Under the pieces are notes generated by a model. The model did no database searches. It worked only from the letters and a program-made list of their open reading frames with translations, and was not told the origin of the DNA. Source: an uncultured Polaribacter sp. (GTDB lineage Bacteria; Bacteroidota; Bacteroidia; Flavobacteriales; Flavobacteriaceae). From it: a stretch of 64,000 bases of DNA. Position numbers and translations under genes: made by a program. The DNA is taken from the NCBI RefSeq assembly GCF_947503875.1, contig NZ_CANNFH010000009.1, forward strand, positions 654-64,653, written 5' to 3'. The stretch's first letter is position 1. Each line of letters begins with the position of its first letter. This document shows positions 46,023 to 55,291 of this stretch, piece after piece.

Positions 46023-49000
46023 TTAAACATCTTGTACATCAAACATTCTTTTGGTAAATTCTTCTTCTATGAGTACTACTTTCCATTTTTCGTCACCAAT
46101 TTTTAGGTTTTCTAAATGATTATCTCCGTTTACATAAATTCTATCAAACTCTGTATCTCTTGTAGAAAACTCCATTTTAGAAAAGAAGTCATTTAAGTCT
46201 GCGTTACTTTTTTCTTCTGTGTTACGCCAAATCACTAAAGTTTCTTCTCCTCTTTCATTGGTAAGACCAGTAATTACCTTAAACCCTTTAATGGTTTGTA
46301 TTGTTTTTACATGTAAGCCAATTAAATAGTTAAAGGTTTCTACTAAGTCAATTACAGTTTCTTGACTTTCATTATTTCTGGTAATGTTTAACTTGTAGTT
46401 AAAAGGATTTTTAAAAGCATCTATATTTAATAAGCTATCTCTAGATTCTACATCCAACATATAACTTAACAAATACTCATCATTAAAATTACTATTTGCA
46501 AGTAAATTAGATTGGTTAGTAGAAGCTTTTAAAGTTAAGTTATTTAGTGAGTCTTCATAACTTTCTATGTCTTGATATTTATACATATTGCTCATCCCTG
46601 AATAATCTACAGGTAAGCCTTTTGACCAATTATTAGAATAAGAAGTTTTTAATATTCTTGGTTTTGTAACAATATTAAAATATGTGCCCATTTCGACTAG
46701 TAAAAACTTTAGATTGCTTTTATTTTTTCTGTTTAAAATTTGGACAGCATGTCCTGTAGTTCCTGAACCAGCAAAAAAATCTATCACAAATGAGTTAGTG
46801 TCATCATGAGTAACTGTATCTATTACAGTCTCCATAGTATGTAATGATTTAGGATATGAGAAAAGTGATGAATCTGCAAAAATGTCTTTTAATAAGTTAG
46901 TCCCAAATGTTGTAGCACTAAATTTTGAATTAGTCCATATACTATCTACTAAAGACCTAGCTTGTTCATCAAAATATATACGAATTACTGAGAAATTTCT
47001 TGAACATTTCAGCATTTGATTTTCAATAGCATCTTTTGCTCCTTCATAACTCAAACTCCAAACTCTTTCAGAACCGTCACTTCCTATAGGATATATTCTT
47101 AAAAAATCATCTTTTGTCCGACCTTTAGGGTAATCATTTCCAATTGGGGGTTTTTCTACTCTAATTATTTTATATGATTCAGATTCTTCGTCAAATATTT
47201 TGTCATCAATGACTACTGCAAAAAAGCTATTTGGTCTTCCTGTCCTATAATTGTTTTCTCCTGTACCAGCCCTTCTAAATCCTCTTTCTCTAAACCCATC
47301 TCTAGTTACTTTCCCTCTTAAAACATCCTCTCCTTCTGGAACCATGAATAAATTATATTCATGTGTTCTAGTAATATTACTTCTCCCAGTTCCAGAACCT
47401 GGATAATGTTGGACAATGGCTTTTTTTAATTCGTAATTGTCAAACTCTTGACTCATTAACTTACTTAAATTGGCAACTTCAATGTCATCAATTGCAGCAC
47501 TGAAAACACCAACTTCTTTTTTAAGTAGCATTTTACCTAACACCATTCTGTCTCTTAATAAACTAAGCCAAGAAGAATCTTTGTAATCATTTTTATACAA
47601 AATTGGTGTTGCATCTGTATTATAAGGAGGGTCTATATAAGCAAGATTAGCTTTTTCTTTATATTTTTTCTTTAAAAGGTTTAAAGCTTGGAAATTTTCA
47701 GAATTAATAAGCAATCCATTGGTTTGTTTTTCCAAATCATCAAATTCTGCCAATAGTTTTTCTTTAAATTCTTGTGAAAAGAATTTGGTGTCTAAAACAA
47801 GGTAAGGTTGGCTTTTTAAGAAGTCTATAGTTAAAGGCTCACTATAAGCTACCGTTAGTAAATCATCCTTTATTTCATGTATTTTAAAGAGCTCTTTCCA
47901 TTCTTCTAACTGGTCATTATTAGCAGCTATTTCAGGATAATAACTTTCGGGTATCTTATCTAAAGTAATACAGTAGTTGGTACTAACTACAAACTTCTTT
48001 TTTAGCCATAATTTCTTTTGGAAATTTTCTAGCTGTGCTAAAAAGGTTATTATTTTTTGAGCAACTTGTTTTAATGCTTTTACTTTAGAAAGCTGTGCTG
48101 TAAAATCTTGCTCATTGTCTGTGTTTATATCATCTAGGTATAAGACTTCATTTTTAATGTAAAAGTCTAGCTCACGAGACAAAAATCCTCCAAGGTCTTT
48201 GTGTATAAAGTAATCAAAGGTATTTCTAGCAGAAAAGTCATTCAGGTGTTTTTCTAAGAGAGTACGCTTTTTATTTTTTTCAGTAGGTGCTAAAGCTAGT
48301 ACATCATTAAATTCTGAAGGTAAGTTTGAAACAATGGTTGTTAAAGCTTCAACCATTAATTTATCTTGCTTCACCTTTTTATCATGTTGCTCATATGTAA
48401 AGTTTAAAGTAAGTGTGTTACCATCTTCTGAGACTTCAACAGCTTGCTCCTCGTATATTTTAAAACGTCTTTCCTTGCCAGACTGCTCTTTGTTGTTGTT
48501 CTGTTCTGTAGAGGCTTCTTTAAGCTCTATTTTCACAGATTTGTTACCTGCAATTTTAAAACCGTAGTTTTTTAAATACTCAGATGTTTTAATATAGTAT
48601 TGGTCATGGTTTGCCCAATGTAATTTTACTTCTTCACCTTCATAAGGAATGGCATATACATCTTTTTTATAACGTCTTAAAGAAATAAAATCTCCATCTT
48701 TATAATAGCGTTTAAAAAAGTTGGCTAAGTGAGAATACACTTCTTGTTCTAAAGCATCTACAGAAGTTGAACTGGCTAGTTTGCTTTGTAATTCTTTTAC
48801 TTTAGGCAATGTGTTTGGGTCTACACCTAAAGACTTGGCTTGTTCAATAGCTGTATTTAGTTCTTCTTGGATTTTAGTATTATTTCCAGAACTATTAGCA
48901 GCCAGTACTTCTTTAACTTGAGGTAATAAACGGTTATCAAGAAAATCTGTAATTTCCTCTCGCTTTTGATTCATGATTCTATAGATTCCAAAATCTAAAT

Positions 49001-49079
49001 CTGCTTGGTCTAACTGAAAAACTTCTTTTAAAACGTTTTTAAGTTTCTGGTAGTTGGTGTTATTTATTTCTGTTGCCAT
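46023..49079 (-). CDS. Type III-like Mod subunit, beta-class amino (N6A/N4C) DNA methyltransferase with long N-terminal extension
   Basis: YIDPPYN precedes DFFAGSGTTGHA; start placed at ATG 49079 (1018 aa). Confidence 0.9.
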   Translation of the reverse strand: MATEINNTNYQKLKNVLKEVFQLDQADLDFGIYRIMNQKREEITDFLDNRLLPQVKEVLAANSSGNNTKIQEELNTAIEQAKSLGVDPNTLPKVKELQSKLASSTSVDALEQEVYSHLANFFKRYYKDGDFISLRRYKKDVYAIPYEGEEVKLHWANHDQYYIKTSEYLKNYGFKIAGNKSVKIELKEASTEQNNNKEQSGKERRFKIYEEQAVEVSEDGNTLTLNFTYEQHDKKVKQDKLMVEALTTIVSNLPSEFNDVLALAPTEKNKKRTLLEKHLNDFSARNTFDYFIHKDLGGFLSRELDFYIKNEVLYLDDINTDNEQDFTAQLSKVKALKQVAQKIITFLAQLENFQKKLWLKKKFVVSTNYCITLDKIPESYYPEIAANNDQLEEWKELFKIHEIKDDLLTVAYSEPLTIDFLKSQPYLVLDTKFFSQEFKEKLLAEFDDLEKQTNGLLINSENFQALNLLKKKYKEKANLAYIDPPYNTDATPILYKNDYKDSSWLSLLRDRMVLGKMLLKKEVGVFSAAIDDIEVANLSKLMSQEFDNYELKKAIVQHYPGSGTGRSNITRTHEYNLFMVPEGEDVLRGKVTRDGFRERGFRRAGTGENNYRTGRPNSFFAVVIDDKIFDEESESYKIIRVEKPPIGNDYPKGRTKDDFLRIYPIGSDGSERVWSLSYEGAKDAIENQMLKCSRNFSVIRIYFDEQARSLVDSIWTNSKFSATTFGTNLLKDIFADSSLFSYPKSLHTMETVIDTVTHDDTNSFVIDFFAGSGTTGHAVQILNRKNKSNLKFLLVEMGTYFNIVTKPRILKTSYSNNWSKGLPVDYSGMSNMYKYQDIESYEDSLNNLTLKASTNQSNLLANSNFNDEYLLSYMLDVESRDSLLNIDAFKNPFNYKLNITRNNESQETVIDLVETFNYLIGLHVKTIQTIKGFKVITGLTNERGEETLVIWRNTEEKSNADLNDFFSKMEFSTRDTEFDRIYVNGDNHLENLKIGDEKWKVVLIEEEFTKRMFDVQDV

Positions 49080-49108
49080 ATTTTTTAATGTGTGCTTGCT
49101 TATACCTT

Positions 49109-49285
49109 TTAACAATAATTTTTAAAAAATTCTGTTTTTTCTTTCATCCTATTAATCATACTTCCAATAGCGTGTCCAGTAGTTCCACCACCTTCTTTTT
49201 TCCAAATCTGTAAATATTCTTCTAATTCAATATTAAGATCTTCTAACTTTTGAATGATTAATTCTCTCTTTTGCCATCTCTTCAT
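49109..49285 (-). CDS. Small 58-aa hypothetical protein inside the restriction operon (below the ORF-track cutoff)
   Basis: MKRWQKRELIIQKLEDLNIELEEYLQIWKKEGGGTTGHAIGSMINRMKEKTEFFKNYC*; ATG lies 11 bp after the SNF2 stop and fills the intergenic gap. Confidence 0.6.
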   Translation of the reverse strand: MKRWQKRELIIQKLEDLNIELEEYLQIWKKEGGGTTGHAIGSMINRMKEKTEFFKNYC

Positions 49286-49296
49286 AATTTAAATTT

Positions 49297-52191
49297 TTAA
49301 ACTAGATTCCATGTAATAGTCAAAATTGGAGTTTCTTTGATGGATTTTAACATCTTTTCTCTTATTTCATCTATCATGTTATCTCTTCTAACTTCTATTT
49401 CATCTTCTACATCAAATATTTCTTGACGTAGTTTCTTTTTTTGTTTCTCTAGTGACTTTAACTCTGTTTGAATTTTTAATAATTCATCAGTAGAGCTTGT
49501 TTTTTTAGAGTTTCTGTTTAGCTCTTTAATTTTAGATTTTACATCTCGTAATTCTTTCTCTGAAGCTATTATTCTGTCTTCAGCCCATTTGTGTAGCTTA
49601 TCTACTTCTTGCTGAAAATAGTCAGTATCTTTTGCTTTAAGAGCTTCTAAAAGCAACTCTTTATGTGTGTTTCTATATTCAGAAAGTTTTGCCTTTTCAG
49701 ATTCAGAAATCACACTATTTTTATTTTCAGAAATTACAGGCAGTTCTAAAATTCGTTTACAAATATCATTAGAAATCTCTTCTCCATCTTCAGTAAAACC
49801 TACAAATAATAAATTGTCTGTAACATCAAAAGAATTGACTTCAAAATTTTCAAGGTGTAAAACACCAGAATTACCAACAAGATGCTCTATAGAAGCTATA
49901 TTAAGCTTAGTATTTGAGTAGTCAAAGGTCAATTCTGTAAAAGGTAATTCTTTACTTTTAAAATCTTGTATTAAGTGTTGAGCTATTGGGTGTCCTATTC
50001 TATAACGATGAATATCTTCTCTGTTTTTATGAATAGTGTATGGTCCAACAGGAATATTTTCTTTTAAAGGATTATTGTTAAGTACAAATGATAAGTTTTT
50101 TTTGTCAAAAGTAGCTTTGCCATTTAAACCTAGCTTTGTTACTTCCCATAACCATTGTTCATATTTAGAGACGTGATTTTTAGCTTCATCTAAACGAGTT
50201 TTTAGCTTGTCAATAACATCGGCATCAAAATTTTCTAGGAGCTTCTGTTGTGTAGATTTTATTTTATTATCAATCTGTTCTTCTAGTTCTTTTTGAAGAC
50301 TATCAAAAGAGGATTCTATCTCACCTTTTGTTCTACAATTTTGGTAAATTTTTGCAATTCTTTTTTCAAAATCTACACCAGAACTAATACTACCTAAAAC
50401 TTCATCAGAAGCTCCAAATACACCATTAAAAAGATTAAATTTTTGGTTTAACAGATCAAAGACTCTTTGGTCTGCTGCATTTTTAGTATTTAAAAAGTTA
50501 ATAACAACAACATCATATTTTTGACCATATCTATGGCATCTACCAATACGCTGTTCAATACGCTGAGGATTCCAGGGTAAATCAAAGTTGACTAACATAG
50601 AACAAAACTGAAGATTAATACCTTCAGCAGCAGCTTCTGTAGCTAATAATATTTGGCTTTCATTAGATTTAAAATGATCTACAAGAGCAGCTCTAATATC
50701 AACAGGTTTAGAGCCAGTTATTTTATCAGAATTTTTGTTTTGCTCAAGCCAAGATTTGTAAATTAGTTTTGATTTCTCATCATTATTAGTACCATTGAAC
50801 AAGGTAACTTTGTCCTTATATCCATTATTTTCTAGTAAGTTTAAAAGATAAGTTTGAGTTCTTCTTGATTCTGTAAAAATAATGGTTTTTTGATTAGCTC
50901 CAAGTTCTTTTAGCTTATCAAAACCTTTAGAAAGAGCAACTAAAAGTTTATCTCCTTTAGCATTATGCTCAATGGAACAAGCAAGCTCATGAAAAGCTTC
51001 TAGGTCTTTTAATTCATTTTTAATAGCTTCTATTTCTTCTTCGGATAAAATTTCAACAACATCTTCAATTTCATATTCAATATCAACTGGTGAAGTTTTA
51101 TAGTCTTCTTGAATCTCATCAAACAAATCATAATCTTCTAGAATTTCAGAATCTAGTTTTTCAATTTGATTTTGATTTATTTCGTTTTCTGTAATTGTAG
51201 CTTTTAAGCGTTTAATTAAATTCTGTAGTGTACCAGAAATAGCAAAGCTAGAAGAAGCAAGTAGCTTTCTTAAAATAAGTGTCATTAAATGTCTTTGACT
51301 AGCTGGTAAGGCATATAATTCTTCTCTCTGAAGGTATTCTGTAACCATTTCATATAATGCATGCTCTTCATCAGAAGGAATAAACTGTTCTGTAATTGGA
51401 ATACGGTTAGTATAGTTTATATACTCTTGAACTTGTCTTCTTAATGTTCTGTTACAGATAGGAGCAATTCTATCTTGTAAGTCTTCAAATTCAGTTTCAT
51501 CTGCTCTTGAAAATTGAGTTCTAAAGCTTTTTAAATCACCAAAAATATTACTATCAATAAAGGATACTAGACCATACAGTTCTAGAATTGAATTCTGTAA
51601 TGGAGTTGCAGTAAGCAACACCTTCTTTTTATCTTCAAGAGCTATTCTTAAAGTATTACCAATTTTATTAGTTGGTTTGTAAGAGTTTCTTAGATAATGA
51701 GCTTCATCAATAATTACTAAATCCCAAGAAGTTAACTGTACCCATTCCGCTTTGTTTCTAGCAAAGTGGTAAGAACAAATGACTATATTATTTTTATTGT
51801 CAAATGGGTTTTGTTTTCCTTTTTTTCTTGCTGCATTAAAAGATTTAGTTTCTAACACTTTTGAAGGTAAATAAAATTTATCTTCTAATTCTTGAGACCA
51901 TTGTTTTCTTAAAGAAGATGGACTTATAATTAATATTCTTCGCTTGCCTTCAGCCCATTTCTGAGACAAAAGTATTCCAGCCTCTATTGTCTTTCCTAAA
52001 CCAACTTCATCTGCTAATATTGCCCCTTTAGATAAAGGAGATTTAAAAGCAAATAGAGCAGCTTCTACTTGATGAGGATTCAGATCTACTTTTGCATCTA
52101 ATAGAGTTGCTCCAAACTTTTCAGTTGAATCTGATGAACATCTTTTAGATAATTCATATGCGTAATATTTTGATTGATAATGATTAATCAT
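49297..52191 (-). CDS. SNF2-family helicase (RapA/DrmD-like)
   Basis: ADEVGLGKT, IIDEAH, LTATP, EAAAEGINLQ and EQRIGRCHRYGQ motifs; C-terminal coiled coil. Confidence 0.92.
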   Translation of the reverse strand: MINHYQSKYYAYELSKRCSSDSTEKFGATLLDAKVDLNPHQVEAALFAFKSPLSKGAILADEVGLGKTIEAGILLSQKWAEGKRRILIISPSSLRKQWSQELEDKFYLPSKVLETKSFNAARKKGKQNPFDNKNNIVICSYHFARNKAEWVQLTSWDLVIIDEAHYLRNSYKPTNKIGNTLRIALEDKKKVLLTATPLQNSILELYGLVSFIDSNIFGDLKSFRTQFSRADETEFEDLQDRIAPICNRTLRRQVQEYINYTNRIPITEQFIPSDEEHALYEMVTEYLQREELYALPASQRHLMTLILRKLLASSSFAISGTLQNLIKRLKATITENEINQNQIEKLDSEILEDYDLFDEIQEDYKTSPVDIEYEIEDVVEILSEEEIEAIKNELKDLEAFHELACSIEHNAKGDKLLVALSKGFDKLKELGANQKTIIFTESRRTQTYLLNLLENNGYKDKVTLFNGTNNDEKSKLIYKSWLEQNKNSDKITGSKPVDIRAALVDHFKSNESQILLATEAAAEGINLQFCSMLVNFDLPWNPQRIEQRIGRCHRYGQKYDVVVINFLNTKNAADQRVFDLLNQKFNLFNGVFGASDEVLGSISSGVDFEKRIAKIYQNCRTKGEIESSFDSLQKELEEQIDNKIKSTQQKLLENFDADVIDKLKTRLDEAKNHVSKYEQWLWEVTKLGLNGKATFDKKNLSFVLNNNPLKENIPVGPYTIHKNREDIHRYRIGHPIAQHLIQDFKSKELPFTELTFDYSNTKLNIASIEHLVGNSGVLHLENFEVNSFDVTDNLLFVGFTEDGEEISNDICKRILELPVISENKNSVISESEKAKLSEYRNTHKELLLEALKAKDTDYFQQEVDKLHKWAEDRIIASEKELRDVKSKIKELNRNSKKTSSTDELLKIQTELKSLEKQKKKLRQEIFDVEDEIEVRRDNMIDEIREKMLKSIKETPILTITWNLV

Positions 52192-52430
52192 ATTCTTTTT
52201 AACTCCCTATAAGTTTCTACCATAAATTAATTTGTTTAACCTGTTATGAGCTAGTAGTTTTTTTCTAGTTAGTTTATGTTTTGTTTAAATTACTCAACAT
52301 TGTGATTTTAATTATCCTGTGATTATGCAATAATTTTAGTAATACTTTTTTTATTAGAAATAAAATCTAAAGTAAAACAAATTATTGAGACATAGTATAA
52401 CAGTAATAAAAAGTATAGAATATTAGAATA

Positions 52431-52454
52431 TACTGCCAGTTTTACTGCCAGTTT
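52431..52454 (+). repeat. Tandem 12-bp direct repeat
   Basis: tactgccagttt x2. Confidence 0.7.
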
Positions 52455-52538
52455 TGTGGTTAAATCCAAAAATAACTAGTGATAAAATTACATAACAATC
52501 AACTATAGAAACAATAAATATTAATCCATATCACAAAT

Positions 52539-52574
52539 AAATGTGTCTCAAATGTGTGTCAAATGTGTGTCAAA
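52539..52574 (+). repeat. Three tandem 11-bp repeats, candidate arm-type sites (right)
   Basis: aaatgtgtctc aaatgtgtgtc aaatgtgtgtc aaa. Confidence 0.65.
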
Positions 52575-52709
52575 ATTATAATTATTTAAAAATAAAAACT
52601 TAAATTTACAATGCGTTAAGTGATAACAATAGAAGTATTGGATTGTTGTAAACCCTTATTAATAAAAGGATATAAACAAAAAACCACCACATTCCTGTGA
52701 TGGTTTAAG

Positions 52710-52783
52710 TGAGCCCTGAAGGATTCGAACCTTCGACCGCCTCCTTAGAAGGGAGGTGCTCTATCCAGCTGAGCTAAGAGCCC
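52710..52783 (-). tRNA. tRNA-Arg (UCU)
   Basis: Cloverleaf GGGCTCT...; anticodon loop CTTCTAA; GGTTCGAATCC T-arm; 74 nt. Confidence 0.96.
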
Positions 52784-52813
52784 GTAATTTTTAAGTTGTT
52801 ACGACCAACTATG

Positions 52814-52888
52814 TCGGGGTGGCAGGATTCGAACCTGCGACCTCCTCGTCCCAAACGAGGCGCGATGACCGGGCTACGCTACACCCCG
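52814..52888 (-). tRNA. tRNA-Pro (UGG)
   Basis: CGGGGTG acceptor; anticodon loop TTTGGGA; GGTTCGAATCC. Confidence 0.96.
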
Positions 52889-52907
52889 AGTTTTTTTTTA
52901 TTTATTG

Positions 52908-52991
52908 CGGAGAGACAGGGACTCGAACCCTGGCGACAGTTACCCGTCGACAGATTAGCAATCTGCTCCATTACCACTCTGGCACCTCTCC
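52908..52991 (-). tRNA. tRNA-Ser (GCU)
   Basis: GGAGAGG acceptor; loop TTGCTAA; long variable arm. Confidence 0.96.
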
Positions 52992-53091
52992 TTTTTAATG
53001 AACTTTCGGCACTTATTTAAAATTGCGAGTGCAAATGTAATATTACATTTACAATTTAACAAGATGTTTTTAACTTTTTTCTGTTTTTTTT

Positions 53092-55155
53092 CTAGTCAGG
53101 ATATTCAACCCTTAAGTGATAGACATTTAGCAATTTTTTCTTGATTACTTTTTTTATGGTTTCTATTTCTTTAAATGTAATATTTGCATTTAAAAACTGA
53201 TTTTCTGCCATTTGTTTATCTGTAATTTTCTCTATTAATTGATCTATAGATTGTGCTGTTGGCTTTTTTAAACTTTTAGATGCAGCTTCTGCTGTATCGC
53301 ATATCATTAAAATAGCTGTTTCTTTAGAAAACGGATTAGGTCCTTGATATTGAAAATTTTTAATATCAATATTACTATCAGGATTTTGCTCCTTCTCTTT
53401 CATGTAAAAGTAATATACTGTGCTTGTACCATGATGCGTTCTAATAAAATCTATAATTCTATCTGGCAACTTATACTTTTTTGCCAATTCTATTCCTTTT
53501 ATAACATGGTCTGTAATAATTTTTGCACTATCTCTTGGAGATAATTCGTTATGCGGATTAACACCCGTAGTTTGATTTTCTATAAAATACATTGGATTTA
53601 GCATTTTACCAACGTCGTGATATAAAGCTCCAGTTCTAACAAGCATAGAGTTTGCTCCTATTTCATTTGCACAAGCTTCTGCTAAATTTGCTACCTGCAT
53701 TGAATGTTGAAAAGTACCTGGTGCTTTTTCGTTTAAGGCTCTTAATAATTTGGTATTCGTGTTAGATAATTCTAACAATGTTACATCTGAAACTAAACCA
53801 AAAACTTTTTCATAAATATAAATAAGAATCAAAGATAAAAATGACAATAATCCATTTATGGCAAATAAAATAAAGTAATCTAAATTTATTTGAGATGCAC
53901 TACCTTCTTTTATAATTGAAAAAGCAAAGTATGTTATCATATAAATACCGGTAATTTGTGCCACAGAAATAAATAAATTTGCTCTTTTATACAGCTCAGA
54001 AACTGTGAGAATAGTAACGATTCCGGCGATAATATGAAGGTAAATAAACTCAAAACTATTTGGCACTATATAGCCTAAAAGTAAAACGGTTAAAACATGT
54101 GTAAAAAGCCCTAAACGCGCATCAAAAAAAGCCTTTAAAATAATAGGCAACACACTTAAAGGTACAACATACAAATAGTCTGAATTGTATTTAACAACCA
54201 TTGTTTGTATGAAAATCATAGAAAAAACATTGAAAAATATAAAAGTAACAGTGTTGTTATTATTATAAATTTCTACATTATTTTTCTTTAAAAAAAGCAG
54301 TAACATTAGTAATGCCAAGGCTACTAAAATAGTGTAACCAAAAATAATCCAATTATAGTTAGAATCCGTCCAAACTTTAGATTCAGATTCCCTTTTTAAG
54401 GAATTTAATATGGCTAATTTTTTACCTTCAACAATATCTCCTTTTAAAATAATTAATTCTCCCGCAGATACTTTTCCTTTGGTATAAGAAATATTAGAAA
54501 ATTCAGTTTCTAAAACTTTCTCCGTAAAATTATTGTCATAAAAAACATTCGGTTTTATAATTTCTGTAAGAATCGTATATACCTCATTACTTAAATTATT
54601 TTCGACCTTGCCGGATATGTTTTTTGAAATTAAATTTAGTACATCCTTCGAATTCAAAAAATTTTTGAAAGCAATACTTTCTACAACATTGTCTTTTTTT
54701 AAAGCCACCAATTCGTTAGGATTCGTAATTCTATCTTGGCTTACTACCTCTAAAAAACCAGCATTATATACTTTTTCAATTACTTTAATTCCTTCTGCTA
54801 AAAAAATATTTTTATTAGAGATATTTACGGAGTCACTTAACCTAATTTTATCAATTCTATCTTTAAAAGTATTTTTTACTTCATTTTTAATAGACGTTTT
54901 GTAATTGAAGTACAACAATGCATTTGCATCTATTTCCTTTTTTTCTATAGTAATCTCTTCTTCAGATTTTTGAATCGCAAAATCAAAAGGAGCATATAAA
55001 TTATCATATTTCCACAATTGACCACTATTATAATCGTACTTAAATTGACCTCCTTTTGGGAATAAATAAACAATTGCGGTTGTGGTAATTAAAAATAAAA
55101 GTACTTTATAAATTATTGTGTTATGCTTATAAAGTTTGTTTACTAAATTACTCAT
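53092..55155 (-). CDS. 7TM-HD family phosphohydrolase (PgpH-like)
   Basis: 7TM region; PGTFQHS, ALYHDVGK, HHGT and DTAEAAS HD-domain motifs. Confidence 0.9.
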   Translation of the reverse strand: MSNLVNKLYKHNTIIYKVLLFLITTTAIVYLFPKGGQFKYDYNSGQLWKYDNLYAPFDFAIQKSEEEITIEKKEIDANALLYFNYKTSIKNEVKNTFKDRIDKIRLSDSVNISNKNIFLAEGIKVIEKVYNAGFLEVVSQDRITNPNELVALKKDNVVESIAFKNFLNSKDVLNLISKNISGKVENNLSNEVYTILTEIIKPNVFYDNNFTEKVLETEFSNISYTKGKVSAGELIILKGDIVEGKKLAILNSLKRESESKVWTDSNYNWIIFGYTILVALALLMLLLFLKKNNVEIYNNNNTVTFIFFNVFSMIFIQTMVVKYNSDYLYVVPLSVLPIILKAFFDARLGLFTHVLTVLLLGYIVPNSFEFIYLHIIAGIVTILTVSELYKRANLFISVAQITGIYMITYFAFSIIKEGSASQINLDYFILFAINGLLSFLSLILIYIYEKVFGLVSDVTLLELSNTNTKLLRALNEKAPGTFQHSMQVANLAEACANEIGANSMLVRTGALYHDVGKMLNPMYFIENQTTGVNPHNELSPRDSAKIITDHVIKGIELAKKYKLPDRIIDFIRTHHGTSTVYYFYMKEKEQNPDSNIDIKNFQYQGPNPFSKETAILMICDTAEAASKSLKKPTAQSIDQLIEKITDKQMAENQFLNANITFKEIETIKKVIKKKLLNVYHLRVEYPD

Positions 55156-55291
55156 ATCTACTAAGTTCTTAAGACAAACTTAGCACAAAAATATTGAGGT
55201 GAAAAATATAGAAGGTACAATCGCTAAAAAATTAATTAAAATTCTTTAATTTAGCATTTTATCGCTTTTAATTTAAGGCCTAAACAATAAT

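Larger units (their letters stand above)
34451..52776. mobile_element. ~18.3-kb integrative element / genomic island in tRNA-Arg(UCU)
   Basis: Flanking 69-bp direct repeats, an adjacent tyrosine integrase, arm-like repeats near both ends, and defence/secreted cargo. Confidence 0.93.

Noticed and set aside
49080-49115. Longer Mod start (TTG 49115) and longer ffh start (15150)
   Set aside because: Downstream ATGs fit better: 49115 overlaps the small ORF stop, and 15150 falls inside the ffh promoter element.
42769-52191. DISARM or BREX call
   Set aside because: No DrmA/DUF1998/PLD or BrxC/PglZ-like genes were seen; Res-type motifs fit a type III-like system better.
34451-52776. Prophage or conjugative ICE
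   Set aside because: No capsid, terminase, tail, relaxase or T4SS genes are recognisable.
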